From: Escherichia phage vB_EcoM-683R1
Sequence record: ON470593
Length of the DNA: 32,923 nucleotides
Strand: one strand, 5' to 3'
Part shown: one piece after another, positions 18,537 through 28,572 of the stretch
How positions within the stretch are numbered: position 1 is the stretch's first letter
How the letters are laid out: each line of letters opens with the position of its first letter
The notes under the pieces: model-generated
What the model saw: only the letters and a program-made list of their open reading frames with translations
What the model was told of the DNA's origin: nothing
Database searches by the model: none
Translations under genes and position numbers: made by a program

Positions 18537-20541
18537 AACTATTAAAGATTTCCTCGTCTCGCTTGGCTTCCGTGTGGATGATGCAGGAGCGAAAAAGTTC
18601 GGTTCTGTCCTCGCCGGTACAACTGCAAATGTCATCAAAATGGGGCTGGCTGTTGAAGGGGCTGCGCTGTCCGTGGTGGCCTTCACGGCTAAGATCGCCT
18701 CCGGCCTGGATAATCTTTACTGGGCGTCACAGCGCACCGGCGCGACGGTCCAGGGAATTCAGTCTATTGGCTATGCGGTTTCGCAGGTTGGCGGCAGTGT
18801 GGACGCTGCGCGATCTTCTCTGGAAAGCCTCTCCCGGTTTATTCGTAACAATCCCGGAGCAGAAGGCTTTCTGAATCGCCTGGGCGTACAGACCCGTGAT
18901 GCCAGCGGTAACATGCGTGACATGGCTGCTATCTTTACGGGCGTTGGACAGAAACTCAGCAGCATGCCGTATTACCGGGCTAACCAGTATGCGCAGATGC
19001 TGGGCATTGACGAAAATACCCTGATGGCTATGCGTCGCGGAGTGGGGCAGTTCAGCGCTCAGTATTCAGAAATGGTGAAAGCGATCGGATTTAATGCCGA
19101 TCAGGCTGCCTTATCGTCAAACCGGTTTATGACCTCGCTGAAATCGCTCGGTGAAATGGCCAGGATGGCGCGGGACAAAATCGGATCGAATCTTGCGGAC
19201 GGACTGGCGGGGCAGATTGATAACNNNNNNNNNNNNNNNNNNNNNNNNNNNNNNNNNNNNNNNNNNATAATTGAAAATTTTCCCAAAATTGAAGTCACCA
19301 TCACAAAGGTCATAAAGGGGATCCTCTGGCTGGGTGAGATAGTCGGGCGGGTAGCATTTCGGATAGTCGATGGTGTCGGAGATATCATCGAGTGGTGGGG
19401 GAAACTGGATGCCGAAACGAAAACCCTGATAGAGGTTATCGGCGGTCTGGTTGTCGCCATGCGGATACTTAACTCTACTTTCTGGATGTCACCTATAGGG
19501 CTGATTACCGGTCTGATCGTGGCTCTCGGTCTCTTGTGGGAAGACTACAAAACATGGAAAGAAGGCGGTAACAGTCTTATCGACTGGGAAAAATGGCAAC
19601 CGGCAATAGATAAAGCGAAGGATGCGATCACCTGGCTTCGTGATCACCTTCTGGAACTAAAAGATGGTGTTGGCGGCTGGCAAAATGCACTGGAAATCCT
19701 TGGTACATTCATCGCGGGTGTCTGGGTATCCAGGGTTCTGGGGGCTTTCGGGAAAATATCAGGTTTGCCGGTCCCGCCGTGGTTAAAAGGCTGGATGGCT
19801 TATGCTGCGTATTTGTACTCTGATCGCGAAAATATTGGTGCCAGTGCGAAGTCATCCTGGGATTACACGAAACAAAATATTGGAGATTCATTGCGCTGGC
19901 TTGGCATTGATACCGATTTTGGTCGTAATCCTCATACCGTAAAAGGCGCAAATATTCAGTCAGATATTCCAGGTGCTGAGCCGGAACAATATGCACAGGC
20001 TACGAAACGAGGAGAACGGAATAACAATCCGGGAAACCTTAATTTTGCTGGTCAGGCAGGGGCTTCTCTTGAACGCCCGGGCGGGCGATTTGCCAGATTT
20101 GAAACTGCCTTTGATGGATTACGGGCTCTTGCTCGTCAGTTAATGCTGTACGCCGGACGGGGAATAAACAGTGTGGAGAAAATTATCTCTACCTGGGCAC
20201 CTGCGTCTGATAATAACAACACAACAGCGTATATCAGGGCTGTATCGCAACGACTGGGAGTGGATCCCCGGGCTGCCCTGAATATGAGCGATCCGCAAAC
20301 CATGTCAGCATTGATGAGCAGCATTATCCAGCATGAGAATGGAAGAAATATCTATTCTCGAGAGCTGATTAATAAGGCTGCCGTGGCGGGAATTAGTGGC
20401 AAAGTGACAGAGGTTAACCAGCAAAATACCTACCACATTTACGGTGGCGGAGATCCGCACGCTGTCGGTAATGAGGTTGCACGTCGGCAACAGTCTGCAA
20501 ATGCTCAGGTCATGCGAAGTAATCAGGTGAGGGTGGGTTAG
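18505..20541 (+). CDS. Tail tape measure protein (TTG start; interrupted by an N-run)
   Basis: 678 aa; transmembrane-like central segments (…LIVALGLLWEDY…); follows the chaperone; C-terminal region with NNPGNLNF motif. Confidence 0.75.
   Translation: MRNGERIMNAETIKDFLVSLGFRVDDAGAKKFGSVLAGTTANVIKMGLAVEGAALSVVAFTAKIASGLDNLYWASQRTGATVQGIQSIGYAVSQVGGSVDAARSSLESLSRFIRNNPGAEGFLNRLGVQTRDASGNMRDMAAIFTGVGQKLSSMPYYRANQYAQMLGIDENTLMAMRRGVGQFSAQYSEMVKAIGFNADQAALSSNRFMTSLKSLGEMARMARDKIGSNLADGLAGQIDNXXXXXXXXXXXXXXIIENFPKIEVTITKVIKGILWLGEIVGRVAFRIVDGVGDIIEWWGKLDAETKTLIEVIGGLVVAMRILNSTFWMSPIGLITGLIVALGLLWEDYKTWKEGGNSLIDWEKWQPAIDKAKDAITWLRDHLLELKDGVGGWQNALEILGTFIAGVWVSRVLGAFGKISGLPVPPWLKGWMAYAAYLYSDRENIGASAKSSWDYTKQNIGDSLRWLGIDTDFGRNPHTVKGANIQSDIPGAEPEQYAQATKRGERNNNPGNLNFAGQAGASLERPGGRFARFETAFDGLRALARQLMLYAGRGINSVEKIISTWAPASDNNNTTAYIRAVSQRLGVDPRAALNMSDPQTMSALMSSIIQHENGRNIYSRELINKAAVAGISGKVTEVNQQNTYHIYGGGDPHAVGNEVARRQQSANAQVMRSNQVRVG
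19225..19266. other. Assembly gap / masked bases (42 N) inside the tape measure gene
   Basis: Run of n characters; length is a multiple of 3, so frame is preserved. Confidence 0.99.
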
Positions 20542-21128
20542 TGGATATTCTCTCTACACTTTTTCATCAGCAGAGCAGAAAAATAGGAATGATTGTTCCC
20601 AGTGTTGTTATTTCAGAGAAGCATACAGATATGCTTGAAATAACAGAGCATCCGGTAGAGGTCGGGGCCGCTGTCGCTGATCATGCCTATAAAAAACCGT
20701 CAGAAGTGGTGATGGAGGTTGGTTTCGCCGGTGGCGGCGCATTGCTGGATTTTGCCAGTAACCTGACGGCTACCAGCCTGCTCGGCCTGAGTCCTCAGCA
20801 GACGTATCAGGAGCTACTGGGTCTGCAGGAAAGCCGTATCCCCTTCGATGTGGTAACCGGTAAACGGCTGTACAGCAACATGTTGATCCGGGCGCTGGAA
20901 GTGACGACGGACAAGACAACCGAAAACGTCCTGTCCGCCGTCCTCACCCTGAGGGAGGTCATTATCTCCCGGACACAGCAGATTACCGTCGCGGATAAAA
21001 CCAACATGAAGGAAGGGGCCAGCACGTCGGCGGTACAGAACAGCGGCAACAAAACCACAAAGCCTCCAGATACTTCACTGCTGAAAAGCATCACGGGTAA
21101 CGTGGCGTCATTACTGGGGGGCGGCTAA
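20541..21128 (+). CDS. Tail/baseplate protein (Mu N-like position)
   Basis: 195 aa; GTG start overlapping the tape-measure stop. Confidence 0.5.
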   Translation: MDILSTLFHQQSRKIGMIVPSVVISEKHTDMLEITEHPVEVGAAVADHAYKKPSEVVMEVGFAGGGALLDFASNLTATSLLGLSPQQTYQELLGLQESRIPFDVVTGKRLYSNMLIRALEVTTDKTTENVLSAVLTLREVIISRTQQITVADKTNMKEGASTSAVQNSGNKTTKPPDTSLLKSITGNVASLLGGG

Positions 21129-21430
21129 TGACAATTCAGGAAATTCCGCTGACAGCGGACAACCAGCAGTTCAGCATCGTCCTGGGTGGTGTCACCTGGC
21201 GGATTAGCATCATATGGCGCGATCTGTACTGGATTATGGACCTGCAGAACGACAGAGGGGAGCCGGTAATCTCCGGTATTCCTCTCGTCACTGGTGCTGA
21301 CCTGCTGGCGCAGTACGCCTGTATGGGGCTTGGTTTTAAGCTGGTGGTGGTCTGTGATGACAACACACAGGATTACCCCACAAAAACTGACCTGGGCGGT
21401 CGCAGCCATTTACTGGTATCAACGGAGTAA
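21128..21430 (+). CDS. Small baseplate-associated protein
   Basis: 100 aa; ATGA-coupled to the upstream gene. Confidence 0.5.
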   Translation: MTIQEIPLTADNQQFSIVLGGVTWRISIIWRDLYWIMDLQNDRGEPVISGIPLVTGADLLAQYACMGLGFKLVVVCDDNTQDYPTKTDLGGRSHLLVSTE

Positions 21431-21432
21431 GC

Positions 21433-22071
21433 ATGTCACAGAACTGGATGAGACATTTCGAGCTGCAGCTTGTGGACGGGAACGGTCAGGGAATTGAGCT
21501 AAGTGATTTCAAAGTCACCTTTACGATCGACTGGTTCAACATCAGCAGCGCGTCCCGGGTAGGGACTATCAAAATTTATAACCTCTCGGCAGATACTGTG
21601 AACCGAATTACCGGGCAGGAGTTTTCGAAAGTGCGTCTGATTGCCGGTTACGACGGTATCGCGCCGGAGGTGTCAGCAAGCGACGTAGGGACCGTGCGGG
21701 AAGTTGACGCGGCGGACGTGGGCCAGAGAGATGGCCGCAACTACGGACTGATTTTCAGCGGTGAAATTCGCTACTCGGTCACAGGAAAAGACAGTCCGGT
21801 TGATACCTACGTCCTGATTCAGGCAGCAGATACTGATCTGGCTTTTGCTACCAGTATAACCTCACAGACGCTGGCTGCCGGTTACACGGTCGCTGATGTG
21901 AACCGTGCGCTGATGAAAGACTTCGAAGCCAAAGGCGCGACCGAAGGCCTGACGCCTGAAATGCCTGCTACTGTATTCCCCCGGGGGCGGGTACTCTTTG
22001 GCATGACGCGGCATCTAATGGATAACGTAGCCGGACAATGTGGCGCAACATGGCAATTCGTGGACGGTTAG
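21433..22071 (+). CDS. Baseplate protein (Mu P-like, N-terminal part if the next ORF is the same gene)
   Basis: 212 aa; ends at TAG 22069-22071 that is in frame with the next ORF. Confidence 0.5.
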   Translation: MSQNWMRHFELQLVDGNGQGIELSDFKVTFTIDWFNISSASRVGTIKIYNLSADTVNRITGQEFSKVRLIAGYDGIAPEVSASDVGTVREVDAADVGQRDGRNYGLIFSGEIRYSVTGKDSPVDTYVLIQAADTDLAFATSITSQTLAAGYTVADVNRALMKDFEAKGATEGLTPEMPATVFPRGRVLFGMTRHLMDNVAGQCGATWQFVDG

Positions 22072-22077
22072 CGCCAG

Positions 22078-22497
22078 ATGGTGGTGAATAACGAATATGT
22101 TCACGAAGCGATTGTGCTCAACAGCGCTACCGGGCTTATTGGAATGCCGCAGCAGACTATCGGTAACGGCGTAAACGTCCGCGCGCTTATTAATCCGAAC
22201 ATCCGGGTTAACGGGCTCATTCAGCTGGATCAGGCTTCCGTCTATCGTACCGCGTTGTCGAACAACGATATTGCGATGGCTGGTGGTCAGATCACCGACC
22301 AGAACACGGACGGAAATATCACGCTCAGCGGCACCACATCGCAGCCTGCCAGCATCGCAACGGATGGCGTTTATATTGTGCGCGGGATTATGTACACTGG
22401 CGACACAAGGGGCCAGGCGTGGTACATGGATATGATGTGTGAAGCGCGTGGCGCGGCGGATCTTGTTTCCTCATCAGCGAGGGAAAGAGGGCTTTAA
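22078..22497 (+). CDS. Baseplate protein (possible C-terminal continuation of 21433..22071)
   Basis: 139 aa; same reading frame as the upstream ORF, separated only by TAG-CGC-CAG. Confidence 0.5.
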   Translation: MVVNNEYVHEAIVLNSATGLIGMPQQTIGNGVNVRALINPNIRVNGLIQLDQASVYRTALSNNDIAMAGGQITDQNTDGNITLSGTTSQPASIATDGVYIVRGIMYTGDTRGQAWYMDMMCEARGAADLVSSSARERGL

Positions 22498-22832
22498 TGA
22501 AACGGTTATGTTTGGCGTTAGTTATGATGGTTACTGCTCCGGCGATGGCTGCAATTCAGTGCGGCAACTACACGATGACCGGTGACGGAATGACTGTTAT
22601 TAACGGTGAAACTGTCACATCACAGAAGATAAAATTTCTGGGAAAAGATGGTGACTATTCAAACATGAAAATGGACATGGGCCTGATGCCTTCCCGTGAT
22701 GGTAACAATTACGGCTTTGAGTTTGTGAAACGTAACGGAAAAGCTTTCCTGAACGTCCAGCTGCTGCAGAACAGCATGGACGCGCCGAAAATCATTGGAT
22801 CTTTCCCGTGTAAAAAAGTGAGCAGCAAGTGA
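22497..22832 (+). CDS. Small secreted/periplasmic protein with Sec signal peptide (cargo gene inside the baseplate module)
   Basis: 111 aa; MKRLCLALVMMVTAPAMA|AIQ signal peptide; two Cys in the mature part; lower GC than flanking tail genes. Confidence 0.6.
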   Translation: MKRLCLALVMMVTAPAMAAIQCGNYTMTGDGMTVINGETVTSQKIKFLGKDGDYSNMKMDMGLMPSRDGNNYGFEFVKRNGKAFLNVQLLQNSMDAPKIIGSFPCKKVSSK

Positions 22833-23341
22833 CAGTTGATGATGATCCTTTGAATTCATTTCAAGACCCTGACTTTCAGGAACTTCTCGGCGGAATTGAT
22901 ATTACTCTTGTTATAAGGTTTTTTAATTATTTTTCGCGTTTCGAATATGCGTTAAAAAGAATTAATTTCAAAAAAACTGATCGTAGAAATTATCTAATCG
23001 GTGCTGACTGGAGCCGCTACGCTACTGATGATACGCGGCCTTTATATCCTACTGGAAATAGAAATGTCGATAGGGCAGTTGAGTATCTATGTCAGCAACC
23101 TGTGAAGCAGCAGAGGCATGATTTTTCGTGGGAGGATAAACCTCCAATCGAACCTCATTCTCTTGCTGAAGCATTAAAGCAGATCCCGTATATAAGAAAT
23201 AATCTCTTTCACGGCGGGAAGTATTTACGTCCCGCCCCCGTTCGTGATGAAAAGTTATTGAAATACTCTATTTATTTGATGCAGTTGTGTTTGATAACTG
23301 ATAATCAGCTTTCTGAATACTTTAATACTATCCACCGATAG
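22829..23341 (+). CDS. Hypothetical protein with HEPN-like R-x4-H motif (RNNLFH); cargo gene
   Basis: 170 aa; GTG start overlapping upstream stop (GTGA); AT-rich codon usage; followed by an intrinsic terminator. Confidence 0.55.
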   Translation: MTVDDDPLNSFQDPDFQELLGGIDITLVIRFFNYFSRFEYALKRINFKKTDRRNYLIGADWSRYATDDTRPLYPTGNRNVDRAVEYLCQQPVKQQRHDFSWEDKPPIEPHSLAEALKQIPYIRNNLFHGGKYLRPAPVRDEKLLKYSIYLMQLCLITDNQLSEYFNTIHR

Positions 23342-23357
23342 TCATTCTTCATGAGAT

Positions 23358-23390
23358 AAAACCTGCCACCCGGCGGGTTTTTTGCTTTTT
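23358..23390 (+). terminator. Intrinsic terminator closing the two-gene cargo insert
   Basis: AAAACCUGCC-ACCC-GGCGGGUUUU hairpin (one G-U pair) followed by UUUUUUGCUUUUU. Confidence 0.65.
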
Positions 23391-23401
23391 GGAGCCTACC
23401 A

Positions 23402-24171
23402 ATGGCAGTAACTGACCAGACCCGCAGTGGCGATCTTGCCGAAACATTTAAATCTGAACGGGAAACAACAAAGAACCAGATCCGTGTCGCCTTGCCTGGC
23501 ATTATTCAGTCATTCGATCCTGACGCGGTGACGGCGGTTGTGCAGCCAGCTATCCGGTCAGTTGAAAAGGATAACGACGGTAACCGCATTACCAAAAATT
23601 ACCCATTGCTGGTGGATGTGCCAGTGGTATTCCCGCGCGGCGGAGGCTGTACGTTGACTTTTCCGGTAAAAGCTGGGGATGAGTGTCTTGTCGTTTTTGC
23701 CGATCGTTGTATTGATTTCTGGTGGCAGAGCGGCGGGATACAGGAGACGGTTGATGACAGAATGCATGATTTATCGGATGCGTTTTGTATTGTCGGTCCC
23801 CAGTCGCAGGCTAGGAAGATTAGCGGTATTAATACCAGTGCCACACAGTTGCGTAGTGACGACGGCAGCACCTATTTTGAGCTTAATCCTGATACCAGGA
23901 AAATTAAAATTGTCGCTCCGGGGGGGCTTGATGTGGTTGCCCCCCTGGCTGATTTTTCTGAGAAAGTAACCATTCATGGCCTGTTAACCTGGATGGGGGG
24001 CATGGTGGGGTCTGTGGNNNNNNNNNNNNNNNNNTTTCTGGTGTGGCTTCAAAAATCACTGGTGCTGTTGAGTTTTTGGGGAGCGTGAAGGCTAACGGCA
24101 AGCCAATCGATGATACGCACACTCATGGTGGTGTTCAGCGCGGTGGAAGCAGTACCGACGGGGTAAACTGA
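23402..24171 (+). CDS. Baseplate spike/hub protein (Mu V / gpV-like), interrupted by a 17-N gap
   Basis: N-terminal part 23402-24017; C-terminal part continues in a different frame after the gap (…SGVASKITGAVEFLGSVKANGKPIDDTHTHGGVQRGG…) to TGA 24169-24171. Confidence 0.55.
24018..24034. other. Assembly gap / masked bases (17 N) inside the baseplate spike gene
   Basis: Run of n characters; length not a multiple of 3, so the apparent frameshift is an artefact. Confidence 0.99.
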
Positions 24172-24524
24172 TGCGATACAGACGTGAAGACGCCGATGGC
24201 GATTACACCTTTGGCAGCGGTGATGACACCTGGCTGATTAACTCACCGGAGGCCGTGGCGCAGGCGGTAAAAACGCGATTCGAATTGTGGTATGGGCAAT
24301 GGTTTCTCGACACCACCGAGGGGACTCCGTGGATCCAGTCCGTACTCGGTAAGCAGAAGCCGGAAACCTACAACCTGGCGATCCGTAAGCGCATCCTCGA
24401 AACGCAGGGCGTTAAATCAATCCTCTCTTTCAATACGACGCTGGATACCACGACCCGACGTGTCATGTTTTCCGCTGAAATCGACACTCTTTATGGAATA
24501 ACGACTGTTACATCGGAGGCGTAA
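24171..24524 (+). CDS. Baseplate wedge protein (Mu W / gp25-like position)
   Basis: 117 aa; ATGA-coupled; between spike and baseplate J genes. Confidence 0.55.
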   Translation: MRYRREDADGDYTFGSGDDTWLINSPEAVAQAVKTRFELWYGQWFLDTTEGTPWIQSVLGKQKPETYNLAIRKRILETQGVKSILSFNTTLDTTTRRVMFSAEIDTLYGITTVTSEA

Positions 24525-25723
24525 TGGCTCTGAACCTTGATTCTCTCGGTTTATCTGCAAAGGTAACCGCGGAGGGGATCAGTGCGCCTGATTATCAGAC
24601 GATACTCAGCACCCTGATTAGCTATTTTCAGCAGATTTATGGCAGTGATGCCTACCTCGAACCGGACAGCAAAGACGGCCAGATGGTGGCTCTGATGGCG
24701 CTGGCGATTCATGATGCCAATAATACTGCGATAACTGTCTACAACTGTTTTTCACCGGCAACCGGCTATGGGGCTGCACTGACCTGTAACGTGAAAATAA
24801 ATGGTATTTCACGTAAAGGCGCGACGAACTCTACGGTTGATTTGCTTCTTACAGGAACTGCCGGAACAACCATCATTAATGGCAGCGTGAAAGACAGTAA
24901 TAATGTGATATGGCGTTTGCCTGCTTCAGTGGTGGTAGGCGTGGATGGTACAGTGATGGTGACCGCAACATGTTCCGTCAGTGGTGCAGTGGCGGCGCTG
25001 GCTGGAACTATCACTGAAATTAATACGCCAACCCGTGGCTGGGTTTCGGTAACCAATCCTGCTGCAGCCACTGTGGGCACTCCGGCAGAAACTGACGCTG
25101 AGTTACGTATCCGCCAGTCGCAAAGTGTTGCGTTGCCATCAATAACCCCATTTGAAGCACTGGATGGTGCTGTTTCTAATGTTACCGGTGTAACCCGCCA
25201 CAAACTCTATGAAAACGATACTGGTTCGGAGGACGGTAACGGGTTACCGCCACACTCTGTTGCTGTAATTGTGGATGGCGGTGATGTAACGGATATTGCT
25301 CAGGCTATCAGAGGGAATAAAGGCCAGGGGACAGCCACTCACGGTACAACATCCGTTACGGTTCCGGATAAATACGGCAATCCCCATGTAATCAAATTCT
25401 CGCGTTCCAGTGATGTGCCTGTTTATGCCCTGATTAAATTAAAAGTTTTTACGGGTTATACCTCACAGATAGGGCAGCAGATCCAGCAGGCTATTTCCGA
25501 CTATATCAATAGTCTGATGATTGGTGATTCGGTCCTTTTAAGTCGCATTTACTCACCGGCGAATCTTGGCGTGGTGAGTGGCGGGAATGCACGCTATTAC
25601 GATATTCAGGAACTGACGATTGGGAAATCCCCGGGGGCTTTGTCGTCATCAAACATTGATATCAGATACAACGAATCTGCGTCCTGTACCCCGAAAAATA
25701 TCGTTATAACGGTGGAGTCATGA
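24524..25723 (+). CDS. Baseplate J-like protein
   Basis: 399 aa; size and position typical of baseplate J family in Mu/P2-type baseplates. Confidence 0.75.
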   Translation: MALNLDSLGLSAKVTAEGISAPDYQTILSTLISYFQQIYGSDAYLEPDSKDGQMVALMALAIHDANNTAITVYNCFSPATGYGAALTCNVKINGISRKGATNSTVDLLLTGTAGTTIINGSVKDSNNVIWRLPASVVVGVDGTVMVTATCSVSGAVAALAGTITEINTPTRGWVSVTNPAAATVGTPAETDAELRIRQSQSVALPSITPFEALDGAVSNVTGVTRHKLYENDTGSEDGNGLPPHSVAVIVDGGDVTDIAQAIRGNKGQGTATHGTTSVTVPDKYGNPHVIKFSRSSDVPVYALIKLKVFTGYTSQIGQQIQQAISDYINSLMIGDSVLLSRIYSPANLGVVSGGNARYYDIQELTIGKSPGALSSSNIDIRYNESASCTPKNIVITVES

Positions 25724-26400
25724 GCAAATACACCGAACTAATCACGAACTACCACGCCACCAAACCTAAATTTCTTGCGCATGTTGATCTGATGACCCGG
25801 CCACTTATTGATGTTGCGGCTGCCACCAGAGGGCTGATTAGTGCATTTGATATTGACTCTGCGGTTGGTGTGCAACTTGACATCCTTGGATTGTGGATCG
25901 GACGTAGCCGTGTTGTCAGCCAGCCTATCTCAGGTGTCTATTTCAGCTGGGATACCGACGGGCTTGGATATGATCAGGGGGTATGGCAGGGACCATACGA
26001 TCCTGATTCAGGATACATGTATCTCAGCGATGAAACTTATCGTGTCATTCTTAAAGCGAAGATTGCGATTAATAACTGGGACGGACGGAATGATTCGCTT
26101 CCGGCAATTCTTGACGCGGCAACAGCAGGATCCGGGCTGCGAATGCAGATAGTCGATAACCAGGACATGACGATATCGGTCTGGGTCTTTCCTGATACTG
26201 ATATTTCAGATGTATCGCGTGAGTTAATTGCGGCAATTAAACAGGGGTATCTCACAGTAAAAGCCGCCGGGGTATGGGCGGGTGGCATTGAAACACCTTC
26301 GGTGGAAACCCCATCGGAAGGCTCAAAATTTTTTGGTTTTGATATGGATAACGAATTCATCAGTGGTTTTGATGTAGGAGCATGGGGAGTATTACTCTGA
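25720..26400 (+). CDS. Tail protein (Mu gp48-like) upstream of tail fibre
   Basis: 226 aa; overlapping stop/start with neighbours. Confidence 0.6.
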   Translation: MSKYTELITNYHATKPKFLAHVDLMTRPLIDVAAATRGLISAFDIDSAVGVQLDILGLWIGRSRVVSQPISGVYFSWDTDGLGYDQGVWQGPYDPDSGYMYLSDETYRVILKAKIAINNWDGRNDSLPAILDAATAGSGLRMQIVDNQDMTISVWVFPDTDISDVSRELIAAIKQGYLTVKAAGVWAGGIETPSVETPSEGSKFFGFDMDNEFISGFDVGAWGVLL

Positions 26401-27194
26401 TGGCGAAAAATGACTTTAAAGCGTTTGCAACGGATCGAAATGCCAATGTTATATCGCAGGAGGAATGGGAAGCGTTGCCCGCGCTTTTATCTGGATTTAC
26501 AGCAGGGAAAGCCTCCAGTGCGCAAGTCAATAAGGTTATTCGGCAGGCCAGCTTTATTGCTGCAGCTCTGGCCCAGTTTGTAAGTGATAAAACGCAACGG
26601 GATGTGCTTGATAATGGTGATCTGCCCGGTTTTGTTGAATTGCTGGGATCGGGGTTTGCTGTTGAATACCTGAGCCGCAAGAATCCGTTTGGCGATATCA
26701 AATCGGACGGCACGGTGAAAACAGCTCTCGAAAACCTTGGTTTGGGAGAAGGTGCCCCAGCTATTGGCGTTCCGTTCTTCTGGCCGTCCGCTGCAATGCC
26801 AAATTCTGTCATCGACAGCTGGTCCGGTATGGTGTTTTTGAAGTTTAACGGGGCGAAATTTTCTGCCTCTGATTACCCTGTGCTGGCGAAAGTGTTTCCT
26901 TCGCTGGTATTACCTGAAGCCCGCGGTGATTTCATTCGTATCTGGGATGACGGGCGAGGTGCAGACGGTGGTCGCGAATTATTAAGCTGGCAGGCAGCTA
27001 CAAACTTTTCTCAGTTTGCCGGGAATATAGGCGATGGTGCGGGCCACACAATTAATTTTCATGATGGTATCGCCGGAAATCAGCCAGGATTTTCACGATT
27101 TAATTTCACCAGTAACTCTGTGGGTGATGGTGTGAATTTTGTTGCCGTCAGACCGCGAAATATTGCATTTAACTTTCTGGTGAGGGCTAAATGA
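26400..27194 (+). CDS. Tail fibre protein with switchable C-terminus (constant part fused to variable part Sv)
   Basis: Start ATG 26400 overlaps upstream stop (TGATG); tail-collar-like motifs (PFFWPS…[17 protein letters not shown]…[12 protein letters not shown]); crossover site inside the gene at about codon 113. Confidence 0.75.
   Translation: MAKNDFKAFATDRNANVISQEEWEALPALLSGFTAGKASSAQVNKVIRQASFIAAALAQFVSDKTQRDVLDNGDLPGFVELLGSGFAVEYLSRKNPFGDIKSDGTVKTALENLGLGEGAPAIGVPFFWPSAAMPNSVIDSWSGMVFLKFNGAKFSASDYPVLAKVFPSLVLPEARGDFIRIWDDGRGADGGRELLSWQAATNFSQFAGNIGDGAGHTINFHDGIAGNQPGFSRFNFTSNSVGDGVNFVAVRPRNIAFNFLVRAK
26725..26750 (+). promoter_or_regulatory. Invertase crossover site L (hix/gix-like 12-2-12 site) inside the tail fibre gene
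   Basis: CTCTCGAAAACC-TT-GGTTTGGGAGAA; right half-site and core identical to the inverted partner at 28547-28572. Confidence 0.7.
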
Positions 27195-27787
27195 TGACCC
27201 CAATTTTTGATGAAAATGGACTGGCTACAGTGCCGGGCGATATGCGTTGTTTTTATTATGATGCTGAAACATCTGAGTATACGGGCTGGTCTGATGAATA
27301 TATTAATACTGGCGTAAGTATGCCCGCCTGTTCCACTGGAATTAACCCTGGCGAAAACATTCCGGGAAAAGTGGCTGTATTTACAGGTAAGGGATGGAGC
27401 CATGAAGAGGACCATCGCAATGAGACTGTTTACTCAATCGAAAATGGCGCAGCTGTTACAGTGGATTATATCGGTGCCATCAAAGATGGTTATGTCACGC
27501 TTTCACCGTTAACGCCATACGATAAATGGGATGGTGAGAAATGGGTGACGGATACCGAGGCACAGCATAGCGCCGCAGTAGACGCGTCAGAAGCACAGCG
27601 CCAGTCACTGATTGATGCAGCAATGGCTTCCATTAGTCTGATTCAGCTGAAATTACAAGCCGGGCGGAAACTGACGCAGGCAGAAACAACCCGGCTTAAC
27701 GCTGTGCTGGATTACATTGACGCGGTGACGGCAACAGATACCAGCACCGCGCCGGATGTCATCTGGCCTGAACTGCCGGAGGCGTAG
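27191..27787 (+). CDS. tfa: Tail fibre assembly protein (Tfa)
   Basis: 198 aa; conserved C-terminus …[30 protein letters not shown]; ATGA-coupled to the tail fibre. Confidence 0.8.
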   Translation: MMTPIFDENGLATVPGDMRCFYYDAETSEYTGWSDEYINTGVSMPACSTGINPGENIPGKVAVFTGKGWSHEEDHRNETVYSIENGAAVTVDYIGAIKDGYVTLSPLTPYDKWDGEKWVTDTEAQHSAAVDASEAQRQSLIDAAMASISLIQLKLQAGRKLTQAETTRLNAVLDYIDAVTATDTSTAPDVIWPELPEA

Positions 27788-28199
27788 GCCATTCAATATC
27801 TGGCGCACCGGAAGTATCGACCAGTTCCAGTGCGTCCAGATAATCCAGCCACAAATTATATTGCACCAGTTCCTCACCTTTCAGGCGACCAATCGCCGCT
27901 TTACCAGGCCATTGCTTACTGTTTATGTATTCGTTGACCTGATTAATCAATTGCTGCTTTTTCAGTTCGGCTGCGGCAATTTGTTCCTCATGAGTTGGCG
28001 GTGGAATATCAATCCATGCAGGCATTCCGTCGATGACACCTCTGTATTTTCCTTCTGGTGCTTCCTTCATAAATTCGGCAGCAACAGTGTCGTCAATTTC
28101 GATTCCATCATCGGGCCATTCGCCGGATTCCTGATAAGCGATTTTAAGCTCCACAGGGAAAAACGCATTTTTATCGGCACTGAAAATATATTTCTGCAT
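27759..28199 (-). CDS. Alternative tail fibre assembly protein (Tfa'), opposite orientation
   Basis: 146 aa; conserved C-terminus …[26 protein letters not shown]; convergent with and overlapping tfa. Confidence 0.8.
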   Translation of the reverse strand: MQKYIFSADKNAFFPVELKIAYQESGEWPDDGIEIDDTVAAEFMKEAPEGKYRGVIDGMPAWIDIPPPTHEEQIAAAELKKQQLINQVNEYINSKQWPGKAAIGRLKGEELVQYNLWLDYLDALELVDTSGAPDIEWPTPPAVQAR

Positions 28200-28201
28200 T
28201 T

Positions 28202-28546
28202 CTACCGTCCTATCGAAATATAACTGAATCTGTATTGCTGTGAGATATCACTGGTTGCCACACGCCACGCTGAATTACTGATATGTTCAAAATTTACAGA
28301 CAAAACCTGCGGGGCAGGATTCGACGGGTCTGACTGAACGGCATCAGACATAACACTGACTGAAATCATCGGCTGATTAGGGAATGGTATAGGGAAGTGT
28401 CCACTGATAAAGCGGGTCGTGTTTCCTGAAAAAGTGCCAAACTGAACAATATATCCACCTGGTAGCCTGAACCATCCCGAACCAGAAGCGAATGCTCCCA
28501 TATCCGGTATCTGATTATCTCCTGTGCCCACATTCCGTTTTGCCGC
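28202..28546 (-). CDS. Alternative tail-fibre variable segment Sv' (promoterless; expressed only after inversion fuses it to the constant part)
   Basis: Minus-strand frame is open from crossover site R through TGA at 28202-28204; reads VGLGEAAKRNVGTGDN… with the core dinucleotide at codon positions 2-3, the same phase as in the plus-strand fibre. Confidence 0.6.
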   Translation of the reverse strand, partial: AAKRNVGTGDNQIPDMGAFASGSGWFRLPGGYIVQFGTFSGNTTRFISGHFPIPFPNQPMISVSVMSDAVQSDPSNPAPQVLSVNFEHISNSAWRVATSDISQQYRFSYISIGR

Positions 28547-28572
28547 TTCTCCCAAACCAACGTTTATGAAAA
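28547..28572 (+). promoter_or_regulatory. Invertase crossover site R (hix/gix-like)
   Basis: TTCTCCCAAACC-AA-CGTTTATGAAAA; inverted partner of site L; lies just upstream of the invertase start, as in Gin/Cin/Pin/Hin systems. Confidence 0.7.

Larger units (their letters stand above)
26737..28560. mobile_element. Invertible tail-fibre segment (G/C/P-segment analogue) bounded by inverted crossover sites
   Basis: Exact 15-bp inverted repeat TTGGTTTGGGAGAAG at 26737-26751 and 28546-28560; contents are Sv, tfa on plus strand and tfa', Sv' on minus strand. Confidence 0.75.

Noticed and set aside
27756-28223. 155-aa plus-strand ORF overlapping the tfa' gene
   Set aside because: Antisense to the well-conserved tail fibre assembly protein Tfa'; no RBS; shadow ORF.
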